DNA of 64,000 nt from Gemmatimonadales bacterium (GTDB taxonomy: Bacteria; Gemmatimonadota; Gemmatimonadetes; Gemmatimonadales; GWC2-71-9): contig DATLKF010000032.1 in assembly GCA_035538515.1 (NCBI GenBank), positions 36,073-100,072 on the forward strand, read 5' to 3'. Position numbers and translations under genes: made by a program. Under the pieces are notes generated by a model that worked only from the letters and a program-made list of their open reading frames with translations, was not told the DNA's origin and searched no databases. Positions 18,551-28,694 of this stretch are shown one piece after another; the first letter of the stretch is position 1; the number at the start of each line of letters is the position of its first letter.

Positions 18551-19984
18551 ATGAACCTGCTCCGACGGAAGAGCGTCACCGAGCTGCAGCAGGAGGCCCA
18601 GACCGACCACAGCCTCAAGCGGGCACTCGGCGCGCTCAACCTCACGATGCTGGGGATCGGGGCGATCATCGGTACCGGCATTTTCGTACTGACGGGGACG
18701 GTGGCGGCGCAGAATGCCGGCCCCGCCGTCGTACTGTCGTTCATCCTCGCGGGCGTCGCCTCGATCTTCGCCGCGTTGTGCTACTCGGAGTTCGCGTCGC
18801 TCGTGCCGATGGCGGGGAGCGCGTACACGTACGGCTACGCTACACTCGGAGAGGTCTTCGCCTGGATCATCGGCTGGGACCTGATTCTTGAGTATGCCCT
18901 AGGCGCGGTGACCGTGGCGATCGGGTGGTCCGGCTACGTCGTGAGCTTCCTGAAGGACATCGGGATCAACGTGCCGTGCTCGCTCGCCGCAGCGCGAGGC
19001 GTGGTGGCGCCGCAGTGCACCGAGCCCGCTGTGTTCAACCTGCCCGCCGTGATCATCATCGCGATCGTGACGACCCTGCTCGTGATCGGCATCAAGGAGT
19101 CGGCGAACGTCAACAACGTCATCGTGTTCATTAAGGTCGCGGTCGTCCTGCTGTTCATCGTCGGGGCCGCCCACGCCATCATCCCCGCCAACTGGCACCC
19201 GTTCATTCCGGCGAACACGGGAGACCGTGGCGCGTTCGGGTGGACGGGCGTGATGGCCGGCGCGGGCCTCGTGTTCTTCGCCTACATCGGCTTCGACGCC
19301 GTGAGCACCGCAGCCCAGGAGGCGAAGAACCCGCAACGCGACATGCCGATCGGCATCATCGGCTCGCTGCTCATCTGTACGGTGCTGTACATCCTGGTCT
19401 CCGGAATCGCCACGGGCGTGATGAGCTACAAGGACCTGAACGTCCCGGACCCGATCGCCGTCGCGGCCGATCACGCCGGCCTTGGGTGGATGTCGACGCT
19501 CATCAAGCTCGGCGCCATCGCCGGCTTGTCGTCGGTGATCCTGGTCATGTTGCTCGGCCAGTCGCGCGTGTTCTACTCGATGGCGCGCGACGGTCTCCTG
19601 CCACAGTTCGTCAACAAGGTCCACCCCAAGTTCCAGACGCCGTACCTCACCTCGATCATTACCGGCATCGTCGTCGCCTTCGTGGCGTCGCTGCTCACGG
19701 TGCGCGAGGCCGGCAACCTGGTTTCCATCGGCACGCTGCTCGCGTTCGTGATCGTGTCGATCGGCGTCATGGTGCTGCGGGTGCGGGAGCCGACGTTGCC
19801 GCGGGCCTTCACGACGCCGGCGGTTTTCATCGTCGCTCCGCTCGGGGCGATCTCCGCGGCGTACCTGATGATCTCGCTGCCCTGGACCACTTGGCGGCGG
19901 TTGATCATCTGGTTCGTCTTCGGCATGTTCCTGTACTTCCTCTACGGCGTACGCCATTCCAAGCTGGCGCGGCCCAAGACCTGA
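18551..19984 (+). CDS. APC-family amino acid permease (paralog 1)
   Basis: It has a 12-TM profile, with ALNLTMLGIGAIIGTGIFVLTG and AGSAYTYGYATLGEVFAWIIGWDLILEY. Confidence 0.88.
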   Translation: MNLLRRKSVTELQQEAQTDHSLKRALGALNLTMLGIGAIIGTGIFVLTGTVAAQNAGPAVVLSFILAGVASIFAALCYSEFASLVPMAGSAYTYGYATLGEVFAWIIGWDLILEYALGAVTVAIGWSGYVVSFLKDIGINVPCSLAAARGVVAPQCTEPAVFNLPAVIIIAIVTTLLVIGIKESANVNNVIVFIKVAVVLLFIVGAAHAIIPANWHPFIPANTGDRGAFGWTGVMAGAGLVFFAYIGFDAVSTAAQEAKNPQRDMPIGIIGSLLICTVLYILVSGIATGVMSYKDLNVPDPIAVAADHAGLGWMSTLIKLGAIAGLSSVILVMLLGQSRVFYSMARDGLLPQFVNKVHPKFQTPYLTSIITGIVVAFVASLLTVREAGNLVSIGTLLAFVIVSIGVMVLRVREPTLPRAFTTPAVFIVAPLGAISAAYLMISLPWTTWRRLIIWFVFGMFLYFLYGVRHSKLARPKT

Positions 19985-19998
19985 GGTCGGCGCAAACG

Positions 19999-20796
19999 GT
20001 GCGCATCCGCCTCAAGTGGTTCGGCTTTTGGACGCTCGTCGGCCTGTGCTTCGCTGCGCAGCAGTTCCTGGCCGGCCGACGCCTCCCGTCGCACGCCACG
20101 GCCTGGTGGCAAGCGCTCGCCGCGAGCCTCTCCATGTGGTACCTGTGGGGCCTCCTATCGCTCGTCGTGGCGTGGCTGGCGCGCCGGTTCCGGGTGGATC
20201 GGGCGAACTTCGGCCGGCATTTCTTCATCCACCTCGGCGCGAGTCTCGACCTGGCGCTGGTACAGCTCCTTGCCACCGTAGGGGTGCAGGACTTATTGCA
20301 TACGGCGGCGGGCGAGCCGTTCGGGTTCGCGCAGAAGCTCGTGGACAACTTCACGCTGCTCTACCACTGGAACGTCCTGATCTACTGGACGATCCTGGCC
20401 GTGGTGCACGCCCGCGATTATCACCATGATCTGGAACAGCGCCGCGCCGCGCTGCGGCCGGTGATCGAACGGCTCCTGGTCGAGAGCAACGGCCACGGCG
20501 TCTTTGTGCGGACCAGTGATATCGACTGGATGGAGGCCGCGAAGAACTACGTCCGTCTCCATCTGGGGGACCGTACCCACGTGCTTCGCTCCACGCTCAG
20601 CGCGCTCGAGCGGCGGCTCGATCCAGAGCGGTTTCGCCGCGTCAGCCGCTCGGCGCTCGTGAATCTGGACCGGGTACGCGAGGTGCAGCCGTGGTTCCAC
20701 GGCGACGCGATCGTCATTCTCGAGACCGGCGCCCGAGTCACCCTCAGCCGGCGCTACCGCCGCAACCTGCTCGCTTCCGCTCCCGGCACGCTCTAG
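19999..20796 (+). CDS. Membrane-anchored LytTR-domain DNA-binding protein
   Basis: The start is GTG. The N-terminal half has several TM helices. The C-terminal LytTR domain reads FVRTSDIDWMEAAKNYVRLHLGDRTHVLRSTLSALERRLDPERFRRVSRSALVNLDRV. No receiver domain is present. Confidence 0.75.
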   Translation: MRIRLKWFGFWTLVGLCFAAQQFLAGRRLPSHATAWWQALAASLSMWYLWGLLSLVVAWLARRFRVDRANFGRHFFIHLGASLDLALVQLLATVGVQDLLHTAAGEPFGFAQKLVDNFTLLYHWNVLIYWTILAVVHARDYHHDLEQRRAALRPVIERLLVESNGHGVFVRTSDIDWMEAAKNYVRLHLGDRTHVLRSTLSALERRLDPERFRRVSRSALVNLDRVREVQPWFHGDAIVILETGARVTLSRRYRRNLLASAPGTL

Positions 20797-21011
20797 GGCA
20801 TCTCTGCACGAGGACTCCCAAGCCCAAGGCTGGCCAGACCTGCACAGTGCCGCGTTGCATGTTTCGGTGCGCCCTCGCGTGTAGGCGCCCAGCGTTCCAC
20901 CCCAGCACCACGTTCCCTTGGTACGGAGTTCCCTAGCGCCGTTCGTCCCGCTCACGGTCCCGCTCGTCCCGGCGCCGTTGGGGACGCGCTCGCTACGTCC
21001 CAAATTGTGGG

Positions 21012-22490
21012 GTGACTCTGTTCGCCACCAAGCCGATCGCGAGCCTCCGCGCCGAAGCGGAGGCGGCGGGTGAGCACGCCCTGAGGCGGGCCCTCGGGCC
21101 CCTCAATCTCGTCACACTCGGCATCGGCGCCGTCATCGGCGCGGGGATCTTCGTGATCACTGGGCAGGTGGCGGCCCTGTACACGGGTCCCGCGGTGCCG
21201 CTGTCAATGATCCTCGTCGGGATTGCCTGCGCCTTCGCGGGACTGTGCTACGCCGAGATGGCGAGCGCCGTGCCGGTGGCGGGCAGCGCGTATACGTACT
21301 CCTACGCCACGATGGGGGAGTTCGCCGCCTGGATCATCGGGTGGGACCTGGTGCTCGAGTACGCCGCGGGCGCTGCCACCGTGGGCGTCGGCTGGTCGGC
21401 CCATTTCGTCTCCCTGCTGGGGTTGTTCGGCCTCCGAATTCCCGCCACGCTCACCGCCCCGCCAACCCAGCTGTGCACCGCCGGGCAGGTGGCGAGCCAC
21501 GTCGCGGGATGCGCCCACGCGGGGCTCAATCTCACGGGGGCGATCATCAACCTCCCGGCCGTTTGCATCGTCGCCGTAATGTCCGCCGTGCTCGTGATCG
21601 GTATCAGGGAGTCGGCCCGGGTCAACACCGCGATCGTGATTCTCAAGGTGGGGATCGTCCTGCTCGTCGTGCTCGTGGGCTTCGGGCATATCAATCGGGC
21701 CAACTGGACGCCGTTCATTCCCGCCAACACGGGGGAATGGGGCACGTACGGTTGGTCGGGTGTGTTGCGGGGCGCGGGCCTGGTGTTCTTCTCTTACATC
21801 GGGTTCGACTCGGTCTCGACCGCGGCGCAGGAATCGAGAAACCCCCAACGCGACATGCCTATCGGCATCCTCGGGTCGCTCGTGATTTGCACGCTGTTGT
21901 ACGTCGTCGTGTCGGCCGTGCTGGTGGGCATGGTGCCCTACCGCGAGCTCAATATCGCGGCGCCGATGGCGTACGCCATGGAGCGGATCGGCGCGCCCTG
22001 GTGGATTCGCGTCTCGATCGACTTGGGCGCGGTCCTGGGCATCGCCTCCGTGATCCTGGTGATGCTGCTCGGTCAGTCTCGCATATTCTACTCGATGTCG
22101 CGGGACGGCTTGCTGGGGCGCTGGGCGGGCAAGGTCCATCCCCGCTTCCGGACGCCCTACGTTTCCACGATCTACACCGGGATCGCGGTGTGCGTCGCCA
22201 CCGGCCTCTTGCCGCTGCAGCTCCTCGGAACGTGGGTCAACATCGGCACACTGCTCGCGTTCGTGCTGGTGTGCACCGGTGTGTGGGTGCTGCGGCACAC
22301 CCGACCTGATTTGGAGCGGCCGTTCCGCACGCCACTCGTCCCCCTCGTGCCGCTGCTCGGTATTCTTTCCTGCCTGGGCCTCATGCTCACGCTGCCGTTC
22401 GACACCTGGATCCGGCTGGCCGTGTGGCTCGTGATCGGCTTGGGGATCTACTTCGGGTACAGCCGGCAACACAGCGTACTGAAGGAATAG
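21012..22490 (+). CDS. APC-family amino acid permease (paralog 2)
   Basis: The start is GTG. It is collinear with paralog 1: PLNLVTLGIGAVIGAGIFVITG and AGSAYTYSYATMGEFAAWIIGWDLVLEY. Confidence 0.88.
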   Translation: MTLFATKPIASLRAEAEAAGEHALRRALGPLNLVTLGIGAVIGAGIFVITGQVAALYTGPAVPLSMILVGIACAFAGLCYAEMASAVPVAGSAYTYSYATMGEFAAWIIGWDLVLEYAAGAATVGVGWSAHFVSLLGLFGLRIPATLTAPPTQLCTAGQVASHVAGCAHAGLNLTGAIINLPAVCIVAVMSAVLVIGIRESARVNTAIVILKVGIVLLVVLVGFGHINRANWTPFIPANTGEWGTYGWSGVLRGAGLVFFSYIGFDSVSTAAQESRNPQRDMPIGILGSLVICTLLYVVVSAVLVGMVPYRELNIAAPMAYAMERIGAPWWIRVSIDLGAVLGIASVILVMLLGQSRIFYSMSRDGLLGRWAGKVHPRFRTPYVSTIYTGIAVCVATGLLPLQLLGTWVNIGTLLAFVLVCTGVWVLRHTRPDLERPFRTPLVPLVPLLGILSCLGLMLTLPFDTWIRLAVWLVIGLGIYFGYSRQHSVLKE

Positions 22491-22511
22491 AGACGTCACG
22501 CGAAGACGTCA

Positions 22512-22540
22512 CGCAGGACCGTCGCGTCCCTGCGGTTCTT
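22512..22540 (+). terminator. Possible intrinsic terminator after permease 2
   Basis: The stem is cgcaggac / gtccctgcg (one bulge), the loop is cgtcgc, and the tail is gttctt. It is preceded by the direct repeat agacgtcacgc x2 (22491-22514). Confidence 0.3.
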
Positions 22541-22591
22541 GGCGCCCCTGTGCTACGCCCCATAGCTTTAGGGCACCTAAGGGGAGGTGCC

Positions 22592-23080
22592 ATGAAGCTC
22601 TGGTCTCGCTGTATCGTGCTCGTTGGCGCCGTGGCGGCGGCGATCGCGGACGCGTGCAGCAACAGCACTAGCCCGCATCAGCCGGCTGTGTGTCCGTCGT
22701 ACAGCGGCGGGGCGGCGCAGCCTGACACCCTGTACGGCTTGTACCACCTGGTCTCGTACTGTCTCGACACCCTCCCTGCATTCGGCCCGCCGACGGACTC
22801 GGGCCACGTCACTCTGAGCCACTCATCCAGTGTTGACTCGTTCGTCGCCGTACTCGCGACCCAGGGCCAGCAGCCCGAGACGATCCTCGGCACGTACACC
22901 CACCCCATTCCGGATTCGATCCATGTGACCGGCGAGGTCAGGGCGCCGGGCGTTCCGTTCGCGGTGCCGGTCCAGCTGCTGGGCCGGTTCCTGCTGCGTC
23001 ACGACAGTCTGTCGGTGAGCGGGAGTCTGGTTGTGACGGGGACGAGCCCGCACTTCGTGTCGTTCATCGGAGCGAGGTAG
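22592..23080 (+). CDS. Hypothetical lipoprotein
   Basis: An SD ggggagg precedes the ATG. The signal peptide with lipobox is MKLWSRCIVLVGAVAAAIADAC. Confidence 0.55.
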   Translation: MKLWSRCIVLVGAVAAAIADACSNSTSPHQPAVCPSYSGGAAQPDTLYGLYHLVSYCLDTLPAFGPPTDSGHVTLSHSSSVDSFVAVLATQGQQPETILGTYTHPIPDSIHVTGEVRAPGVPFAVPVQLLGRFLLRHDSLSVSGSLVVTGTSPHFVSFIGAR

Positions 23081-23099
23081 GGACCGTTATCTTGATGTC

Positions 23100-24113
23100 G
23101 TGACGACAAACGGAGTCACGGTTCCCCCTGAGCGAGCACGCGCCGCGCAGGACGTCGCGGCCGTTCTTACGCCCGGCCGCCGAGTGGCCGTCACCACGCA
23201 TGTGAACGCGGACGGTGATGGCGTGGGCAGCGAAGTCGCGCTGTGGCATCTGCTCACGGCGCGCGGCCTACGCTCGGGCCTCGCAAATCCTACGCCGATC
23301 CCCGAGCGGTTTCACTTTCTCGTGCCGCCGGGCGCCGACCACTCGGACCGCGCCGCACGGGAGATCGAGGCGGCCGACGTGGTGATCGTGCTCGACATCT
23401 CGGAGCTGAGCCGGCTGGGCGATCTGGCGCGGGCGATCACGCGCTCGCACGTGGTCGCCTGCATCGACCATCACGTGAGCCAGGGCTCGCTCCCGGCGGG
23501 CCCCCGGCTCGTGGCCCCCGAGGCGGCCGCGACCGCCGAGCTGGTGTTCGACCTCGCGAGCGCCGTGGGGTGGCCCATCTCACCGGCGGCGGCGCGGGCG
23601 TTGTACGTCGGCATCCTGACCGACACCGGCGGGTTCCGGTTCGCCAACACGACCCCGCGGGCGCTGCGCGTGGCGGGCGCGCTGCTGGAGCGGGGCGTGG
23701 ACCCGGAATCGATCTACGAGTCGGTGTACGCCAGCGCCCCGGAAGGGCGTGTGCGCCTCTTGGTCGAGGTGCTCGCCACATTGGTTGTCGAGCGTGAGCA
23801 CGGACTGGCGTGGGTGACCGTGCCACCGGACGCACTGCAACGGCATCGCGCCACCGCCGACGATCTGGACGGGATCGTCGAGTACCCGCGCTCGATCGCT
23901 GGGGTGCGCCTCGCGCTGCTGTTCCGCCAGCTGGCGAGCGGCAAGGTGAAGGTCAGCTTTCGCTCGCTCGGCGAAGTCGACGTGGCGGAGCTGGCGCACC
24001 AGTTCGGAGGCGGAGGCCACCGCAAGGCGGCCGGGGCGTCGCTCGAGGGCACGCTGGCCGAAGCGCAGGGCCGGGTGTTGGCCGCGGCCCGCGCCTACCT
24101 GAACGGGCGATGA
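23100..24113 (+). CDS. DHH/DHHA1-family phosphoesterase (NrnA-like oligoribonuclease/pAp phosphatase)
   Basis: It carries VTTHVNADGDGVGS, ACIDHH and the DHHA1 motif FGGGGHRKAAGASL. Confidence 0.8.
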   Translation: MTTNGVTVPPERARAAQDVAAVLTPGRRVAVTTHVNADGDGVGSEVALWHLLTARGLRSGLANPTPIPERFHFLVPPGADHSDRAAREIEAADVVIVLDISELSRLGDLARAITRSHVVACIDHHVSQGSLPAGPRLVAPEAAATAELVFDLASAVGWPISPAAARALYVGILTDTGGFRFANTTPRALRVAGALLERGVDPESIYESVYASAPEGRVRLLVEVLATLVVEREHGLAWVTVPPDALQRHRATADDLDGIVEYPRSIAGVRLALLFRQLASGKVKVSFRSLGEVDVAELAHQFGGGGHRKAAGASLEGTLAEAQGRVLAAARAYLNGR

Positions 24114-25576
24114 GCAAGCGAGCGTTCCTCGTCCTGTTCGCGGCCGTGCTGATCCTCGGCGCGATCGTCCTCGAGCGCACCTTCACTTTCGGGTCGCGGC
24201 AGCCCGCGGTGCCCACCGCGGCCGCGATGCCGCTCGATACCGCAGCCCTGGCCACCCGGCTGGCAGGGGCGCTGCGGTTTCGCACGGTGTCCTACCAGGA
24301 CTCGAGCCGGTTCGAACCGCGCGAGTTCGACGGCTTGCAGCGGTACCTCCGGGAGTCGTTCCCCAGAGCGCACGCGGCGCTCAAGCTCGAGAAGGTCAAC
24401 GGCTACGGCCTGTTGTACGAGTGGACCGGCTCGGATACGCGCCTCGCTCCGGTCATGCTCCTCGCCCACCAGGACGTCGTGCCAGTGGAGCCCGGGACCG
24501 AAGGCAAGTGGACGGAGCCACCATTCGCAGGGCGCGTCGCCGGCGGCTACATCTGGGGACGAGGGGCGCTCGACGACAAGGGCAGTCTGGTAGCGATCCT
24601 CGAGGCCGTGGAGCACTTACTCGAGGCCGGCGCCAAGCCGCGACGCACGGTATACCTCGCGTTCGGGTACGATGAAGAAGTGGGTGGGCGCCGCGGTGCG
24701 GCGCAGATCGCCGCGGCCCTCGCGTCCCGGAAGGTGCACCCTGACTTCGTGCTCGACGAAGGGGGCGCCGTCGCCACGGGGCTCATCGCCGGCATCGGCG
24801 CTCCGGTCGCCCTGGTCGGCATCGCGGAGAAGGGCTACCTGACCGTCGAGCTCGTGGCGCACGCGGAGGGCGGCCATTCGTCGATGCCGCCCGAGCAGAC
24901 CGCCGTCGGCATGCTGGCGGCCGCGTTGACGCGCCTCGAGCGCGAGCAGATGCCGCGCGCCATCCGTGGACCGACCGCGGCCATGTTCGACTACCTGGGG
25001 CCCGAGATGTCGTTCGGGCCACGCCTGGTTCTCGCGAACCGCTGGCTGTTCGGCGGGATGCTCGCGGCGCGCTTCGGCGCCACGCCGCAGGGCAATGCCC
25101 TGGTGCGTACGACGACGGCTCCTACGGTGATCCAGGCGGGTGTGAAGGAGAACGTACTGCCGTCTACCGCTCAGGCACTGGTGAACTTCCGGATCCTTCC
25201 CGGCGACAGCGCAGCGGGCGTGGTCGAGCACGTGCGAGCGGTGGTGCACGACGCCGCGATCGACGTGCGGGCGCTCGAGACGAACGTCACCAACCCGTCC
25301 GCCGTCAGCGATGTGGACGCCGAGCCATTCCAGTTACTGGCTCGCACGATTCGACAGGTGATTCCCGGGGCGGTCGTGACACCCTGGCTCGTGGTGGGCG
25401 GCACCGATTCACGCCACTACGGCCGGCTCACTCCCAACGTGCTGCGCTTCGTGGGGGCGACGATCGGAAAGGACGACCTGCGGCGAGTGCATGGCATCGA
25501 TGAGCGCATCGGGCTGCAGGCGTATGCCGATGCCGTGCGGGTGTACGTTCAGCTCTTGAGGAACGCGGCGCTTTAG
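24110..25576 (+). CDS. M20-family metallopeptidase (carboxypeptidase-like), membrane-anchored or secreted
   Basis: The N-terminal anchor is MSKRAFLVLFAAVLILGAIVL. It also carries LLAHQDVVPV, GRGALDDKG and GGTDSRHY. An ATGA overlap couples it to the upstream gene. Confidence 0.8.
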   Translation: MSKRAFLVLFAAVLILGAIVLERTFTFGSRQPAVPTAAAMPLDTAALATRLAGALRFRTVSYQDSSRFEPREFDGLQRYLRESFPRAHAALKLEKVNGYGLLYEWTGSDTRLAPVMLLAHQDVVPVEPGTEGKWTEPPFAGRVAGGYIWGRGALDDKGSLVAILEAVEHLLEAGAKPRRTVYLAFGYDEEVGGRRGAAQIAAALASRKVHPDFVLDEGGAVATGLIAGIGAPVALVGIAEKGYLTVELVAHAEGGHSSMPPEQTAVGMLAAALTRLEREQMPRAIRGPTAAMFDYLGPEMSFGPRLVLANRWLFGGMLAARFGATPQGNALVRTTTAPTVIQAGVKENVLPSTAQALVNFRILPGDSAAGVVEHVRAVVHDAAIDVRALETNVTNPSAVSDVDAEPFQLLARTIRQVIPGAVVTPWLVVGGTDSRHYGRLTPNVLRFVGATIGKDDLRRVHGIDERIGLQAYADAVRVYVQLLRNAAL

Positions 25577-26217
25577 GGACTCCGCGCGGGCCTTGACGCG
25601 TTGACGCCATGATGCGGCGCCACCTCGAAGTGTCGCGCCGAGGCCTGAGGTGTGGGAAGATCGGGCGGCCCAGGCAGGAACGCTTGCTGGGTGCGGTCGA
25701 TTCCCCGCACGACGCGGATCGCGAGGATGATCGCCACGATCCCGACGGCGTGCATCGGGAGACGGAGGTCGAAGGCGTCCTCCGTAAGCCACGTGGTCAC
25801 CAGGACGAGCGCTCCCCATGCCAGTGAGATCCCCCACCAGCCCGGCAGCAGGGCAGAGGGCGGTAGGTCGTCGTAGCCGTCGCGATCGTTCATGGAGTTG
25901 GTGCGGAGCCACAGATCCTTCATTACTTCGTAGGCGCGCACCACGTTGAGGAACGGGATGAGCCAGACCCCGATGGCCCAGCGGCGGCCGAATCGAGTCC
26001 GCCTCGAGCCGACCAGCGCGAGATTCCCGTACGCCCGGCGGAGCCACAGGAGCCACATGAGCCCGGTGCCAACCAGTACCGGTAGCTTGAGCGCGCCGAC
26101 CGCCTCGGGCCGCGCGATCGCGGCGGCTTCGAGCGCGAGGCAGGCGAACAGCAGGCCGATCGTCCATTGCGCCGCGAAGTGTTCCGCGCGGCGCGCACTG
26201 CTCAGGTCTTGGGGCAT
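25573..26217 (-). CDS. DUF4328-like membrane protein
   Basis: TM helices are present along with WLLWLRRAYGNL...RWAIGVWLIPFLNVVRAYEVMKDLW. The start is uncertain (ATG 26217 or 26286). Confidence 0.6.
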   Translation of the reverse strand: MPQDLSSARRAEHFAAQWTIGLLFACLALEAAAIARPEAVGALKLPVLVGTGLMWLLWLRRAYGNLALVGSRRTRFGRRWAIGVWLIPFLNVVRAYEVMKDLWLRTNSMNDRDGYDDLPPSALLPGWWGISLAWGALVLVTTWLTEDAFDLRLPMHAVGIVAIILAIRVVRGIDRTQQAFLPGPPDLPTPQASARHFEVAPHHGVNASRPARSP

Positions 26218-26333
26218 CGAGGGCGCGGTGAGACACCCGGGCTTGCGGCAATCTCCATGCCTGGTGTCCCGAGGTGTCGCGCGCACTCAGCAGGGACGAT
26301 TCTCCGAGCGTATCCTCTGGTAAAGGAGGCCGA

Positions 26334-26675
26334 ATGAGACCACCATTCTTGCTATTTGCAACGCTGCTGGCCGCGTCGCCGGCGCTGGCGCAGAACCCGT
26401 CGGGGCGTGGCCCGGGCCGCGCGATGGAAGGGCTGCTTCGGGACATCACGCTGACCGCCGAGCAGCAAGCGAAAGTCGATTCGATCCGGGGACACTATCG
26501 GGAGCAGATGCCGTCGTTCACGCCGGGAAGTCCGCCGGATTCGGCGACTCGGGAGAAGGTGCGCGGCCTATTTCACCACGAGGTGGACGACATTCGCGCC
26601 GTGCTGACCGCCGATCAGCAGAAGATCTTCGATCGCAATGTGGCTGCGATGCGGGAGCGTCGGGGCCGACCCTGA
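26334..26675 (+). CDS. Periplasmic Spy/CpxP-like LTXXQ-motif protein
   Basis: An SD aaggagg precedes the ATG. The signal peptide is MRPPFLLFATLLAASPALAQ. There are two LTxxQ motifs (LTAEQQAKV and LTADQQKIF). Confidence 0.65.
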   Translation: MRPPFLLFATLLAASPALAQNPSGRGPGRAMEGLLRDITLTAEQQAKVDSIRGHYREQMPSFTPGSPPDSATREKVRGLFHHEVDDIRAVLTADQQKIFDRNVAAMRERRGRP

Positions 26676-26760
26676 GGGGGGCTGGGCGGAGTCACATCCG
26701 CGAGCGCTTGCTCGGTACCGGTCCCGCACGTCCCCCGCCGAGGCTCGTTACCTTTCACTC

Positions 26761-27858
26761 GTGCCTGCTTCCCACACGCTCCAAGCCCGCGTCGAGCACG
26801 TGCTCTCGCTCCTCGTCAACCCGCGCCGCGGTGGCGACGTCCTCTCGGCCGGGATGGTGAAGGACCTCGCGATCGCCAGCGACGGGACGGTCAGCTTCAC
26901 CTTCCTGCTCGGCCGCGACGATCCGGGATCGCTCGCTCGCGAGGTGCGGAAGGCCGTCCAGGGGGTGGAGGGCGTGACGGCGGTGCGCGTCAACGTGACG
27001 GACGCCGGCGGCGTGCCGACCGGTACCGCGCCTCGCTCGACGGCTCCGCGGCCGGGTGGCGCCTCCGTGCCACCGCCCCCGACGCCCGTGGAACTCCCCC
27101 AGCTCGGTACGGTGCTCGCGATCTCGTCGGGAAAGGGTGGCGTGGGCAAATCCACGGTGTCCGCGAACGTGGCGGTGGCGCTGGCGCGTGCCGGTCACCG
27201 CGTGGGACTGATGGACGCGGACATTTATGGACCCAACATCCCGCGCATGATGGGCGTCGACCGCAAGCCGGAGGTGCAGGGCGGGAGGATCCAGCCGCTC
27301 GAGGCCCACGGCGTGAAGATCATGTCGCTGGGCCTGATCGTGGAGCGCGACGCGCCCGCCATCTGGCGGGGACCGATCATCATGAAGGTGATCCAGCAGT
27401 TCTTGAAGGATGTGGATTGGGGAGAGCTGGATTTCTTCCTCGTGGATTTGCCGCCCGGCACGGGCGACGCGCAGCTGTCGCTCGCGCAGACCGTGCACAT
27501 CCGCGCCGCCGTCATCGTCACCACTCCGCAGGAGGTGGCGGTGGGCGACAGCCTGCGCGGCGCCAAAATGTTCGAGCGCGTGGGGGTGCCCGTGCTGGGC
27601 GTGGTGGAGAACATGAGCTACTTCGTGTGCCCCCATTGCGGCGAGCGGACCGAGATCTTCCTGTCGGGCGGCGGCACCCGGCTCGCGGACGAGCTGGGGG
27701 TGCCGCTGCTGGGACAGGTCCCGTTGCAGGCGCGGCTCCCGAATCTCGCTGACGCCGGCCAACCGGTGGTCGTGGCGGAGCCGGGCACGCCCGCGGCGCA
27801 AGCGCTGGACGCGGTCGCGCGCCGCCTGACCGACTCTCTCGCCTCGCTGCCACGCTGA
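26761..27858 (+). CDS. Mrp/ApbC/NBP35-family Fe-S cluster carrier ATPase
   Basis: An N-terminal DUF59-like region is followed by the deviant Walker A SSGKGGVGKST and the CPHCG motif. The start is GTG. Confidence 0.88.
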   Translation: MPASHTLQARVEHVLSLLVNPRRGGDVLSAGMVKDLAIASDGTVSFTFLLGRDDPGSLAREVRKAVQGVEGVTAVRVNVTDAGGVPTGTAPRSTAPRPGGASVPPPPTPVELPQLGTVLAISSGKGGVGKSTVSANVAVALARAGHRVGLMDADIYGPNIPRMMGVDRKPEVQGGRIQPLEAHGVKIMSLGLIVERDAPAIWRGPIIMKVIQQFLKDVDWGELDFFLVDLPPGTGDAQLSLAQTVHIRAAVIVTTPQEVAVGDSLRGAKMFERVGVPVLGVVENMSYFVCPHCGERTEIFLSGGGTRLADELGVPLLGQVPLQARLPNLADAGQPVVVAEPGTPAAQALDAVARRLTDSLASLPR

Positions 27859-27859
27859 C

Positions 27860-28624
27860 GTGCGGGCTCTGCTTGCCGCGCTGTGTCTGCTGCAAGATCC
27901 CCGCGCCGACCGACCCGAGCTCCGCGCCGGGTTGGACACGCTGTATGCCGGCGGTTTTCCCACCGCCGCCGCGTATTTCGCGGCGCTGGCGGCGCACGAC
28001 TCGAGCGACGCTGCGGCGGTGACGTTCGAGGCGAGCGCCTACATCTGGTGGGCCGCCGCGCTCGAAAACGATGCCTACGAAGCCGAGCGCATCGACTCGC
28101 TGCTGGACCTCGCCGTCCGCCGGGCGCGCGCCGGGTCTCCCGGCCCCGCGCGCGACTTCTGGCTGGCGACCGCGCTGGGGTACCGAGCCCGCCAGCGCGA
28201 CCTGCACGGCCACTCATGGAGCGCGGCGAAAGACGGCAAGGCGATGCGCGACGCCTATGCCCGCGTGCTCGCGGTCGATTCCACCTGCACCGATTGTCTT
28301 CTCGGACTGGGAGTCTATCAGTACGGCCTGGCGCGGGCGGGGGCGCTGGCGCGGCTCGTGGCGAAGATCATCGGGCTGGGGAGCGGGAATGCGGATCGGG
28401 GCATCGGCTACCTCCGGCGGGCCGCGACCGAGGGAGATCTGGGGCGGGTGGAAGCGACCTGGGTGCTCGCGGCCGTGCTCGAGCGCGAGGCCCGACGCGA
28501 CCCCGCGCAACGTGAGGCGCGCGAGCGTGACGCCCGCGACGCGGTCCGGCGCCTCGCCGAGCAATATCCTGGCAATCCGGTCTTCCAGCGCTTCCTCCGC
28601 GAGGTCCCCCAGACGCCCCCCTGA
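27860..28624 (+). CDS. Hypothetical protein (helical, TPR-like?)
   Basis: The ORF has coding-like composition and starts at a GTG 1 nt after the mrp stop. I recognised no motif. Confidence 0.45.
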   Translation: MRALLAALCLLQDPRADRPELRAGLDTLYAGGFPTAAAYFAALAAHDSSDAAAVTFEASAYIWWAAALENDAYEAERIDSLLDLAVRRARAGSPGPARDFWLATALGYRARQRDLHGHSWSAAKDGKAMRDAYARVLAVDSTCTDCLLGLGVYQYGLARAGALARLVAKIIGLGSGNADRGIGYLRRAATEGDLGRVEATWVLAAVLEREARRDPAQREARERDARDAVRRLAEQYPGNPVFQRFLREVPQTPP

Positions 28625-28694
28625 TCGTGCTCACCGCCCCTGTTGCGACGGCGCCACTCTACCATTCTGGCATGAACCTTTTAGCGTGTTCCCG

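Noticed and set aside
20797-21011. The 215-bp leader of the second APC permease as a riboswitch, tRNA or sRNA.
   Set aside because: I recognised no lysine, glycine or other riboswitch core, and no tRNA hallmarks (no GGTTCGAATCC-like T-arm). I saw only a weak hairpin (20978-21003) and a short direct repeat gtcccgctc x2. A covariance-model scan would be needed.
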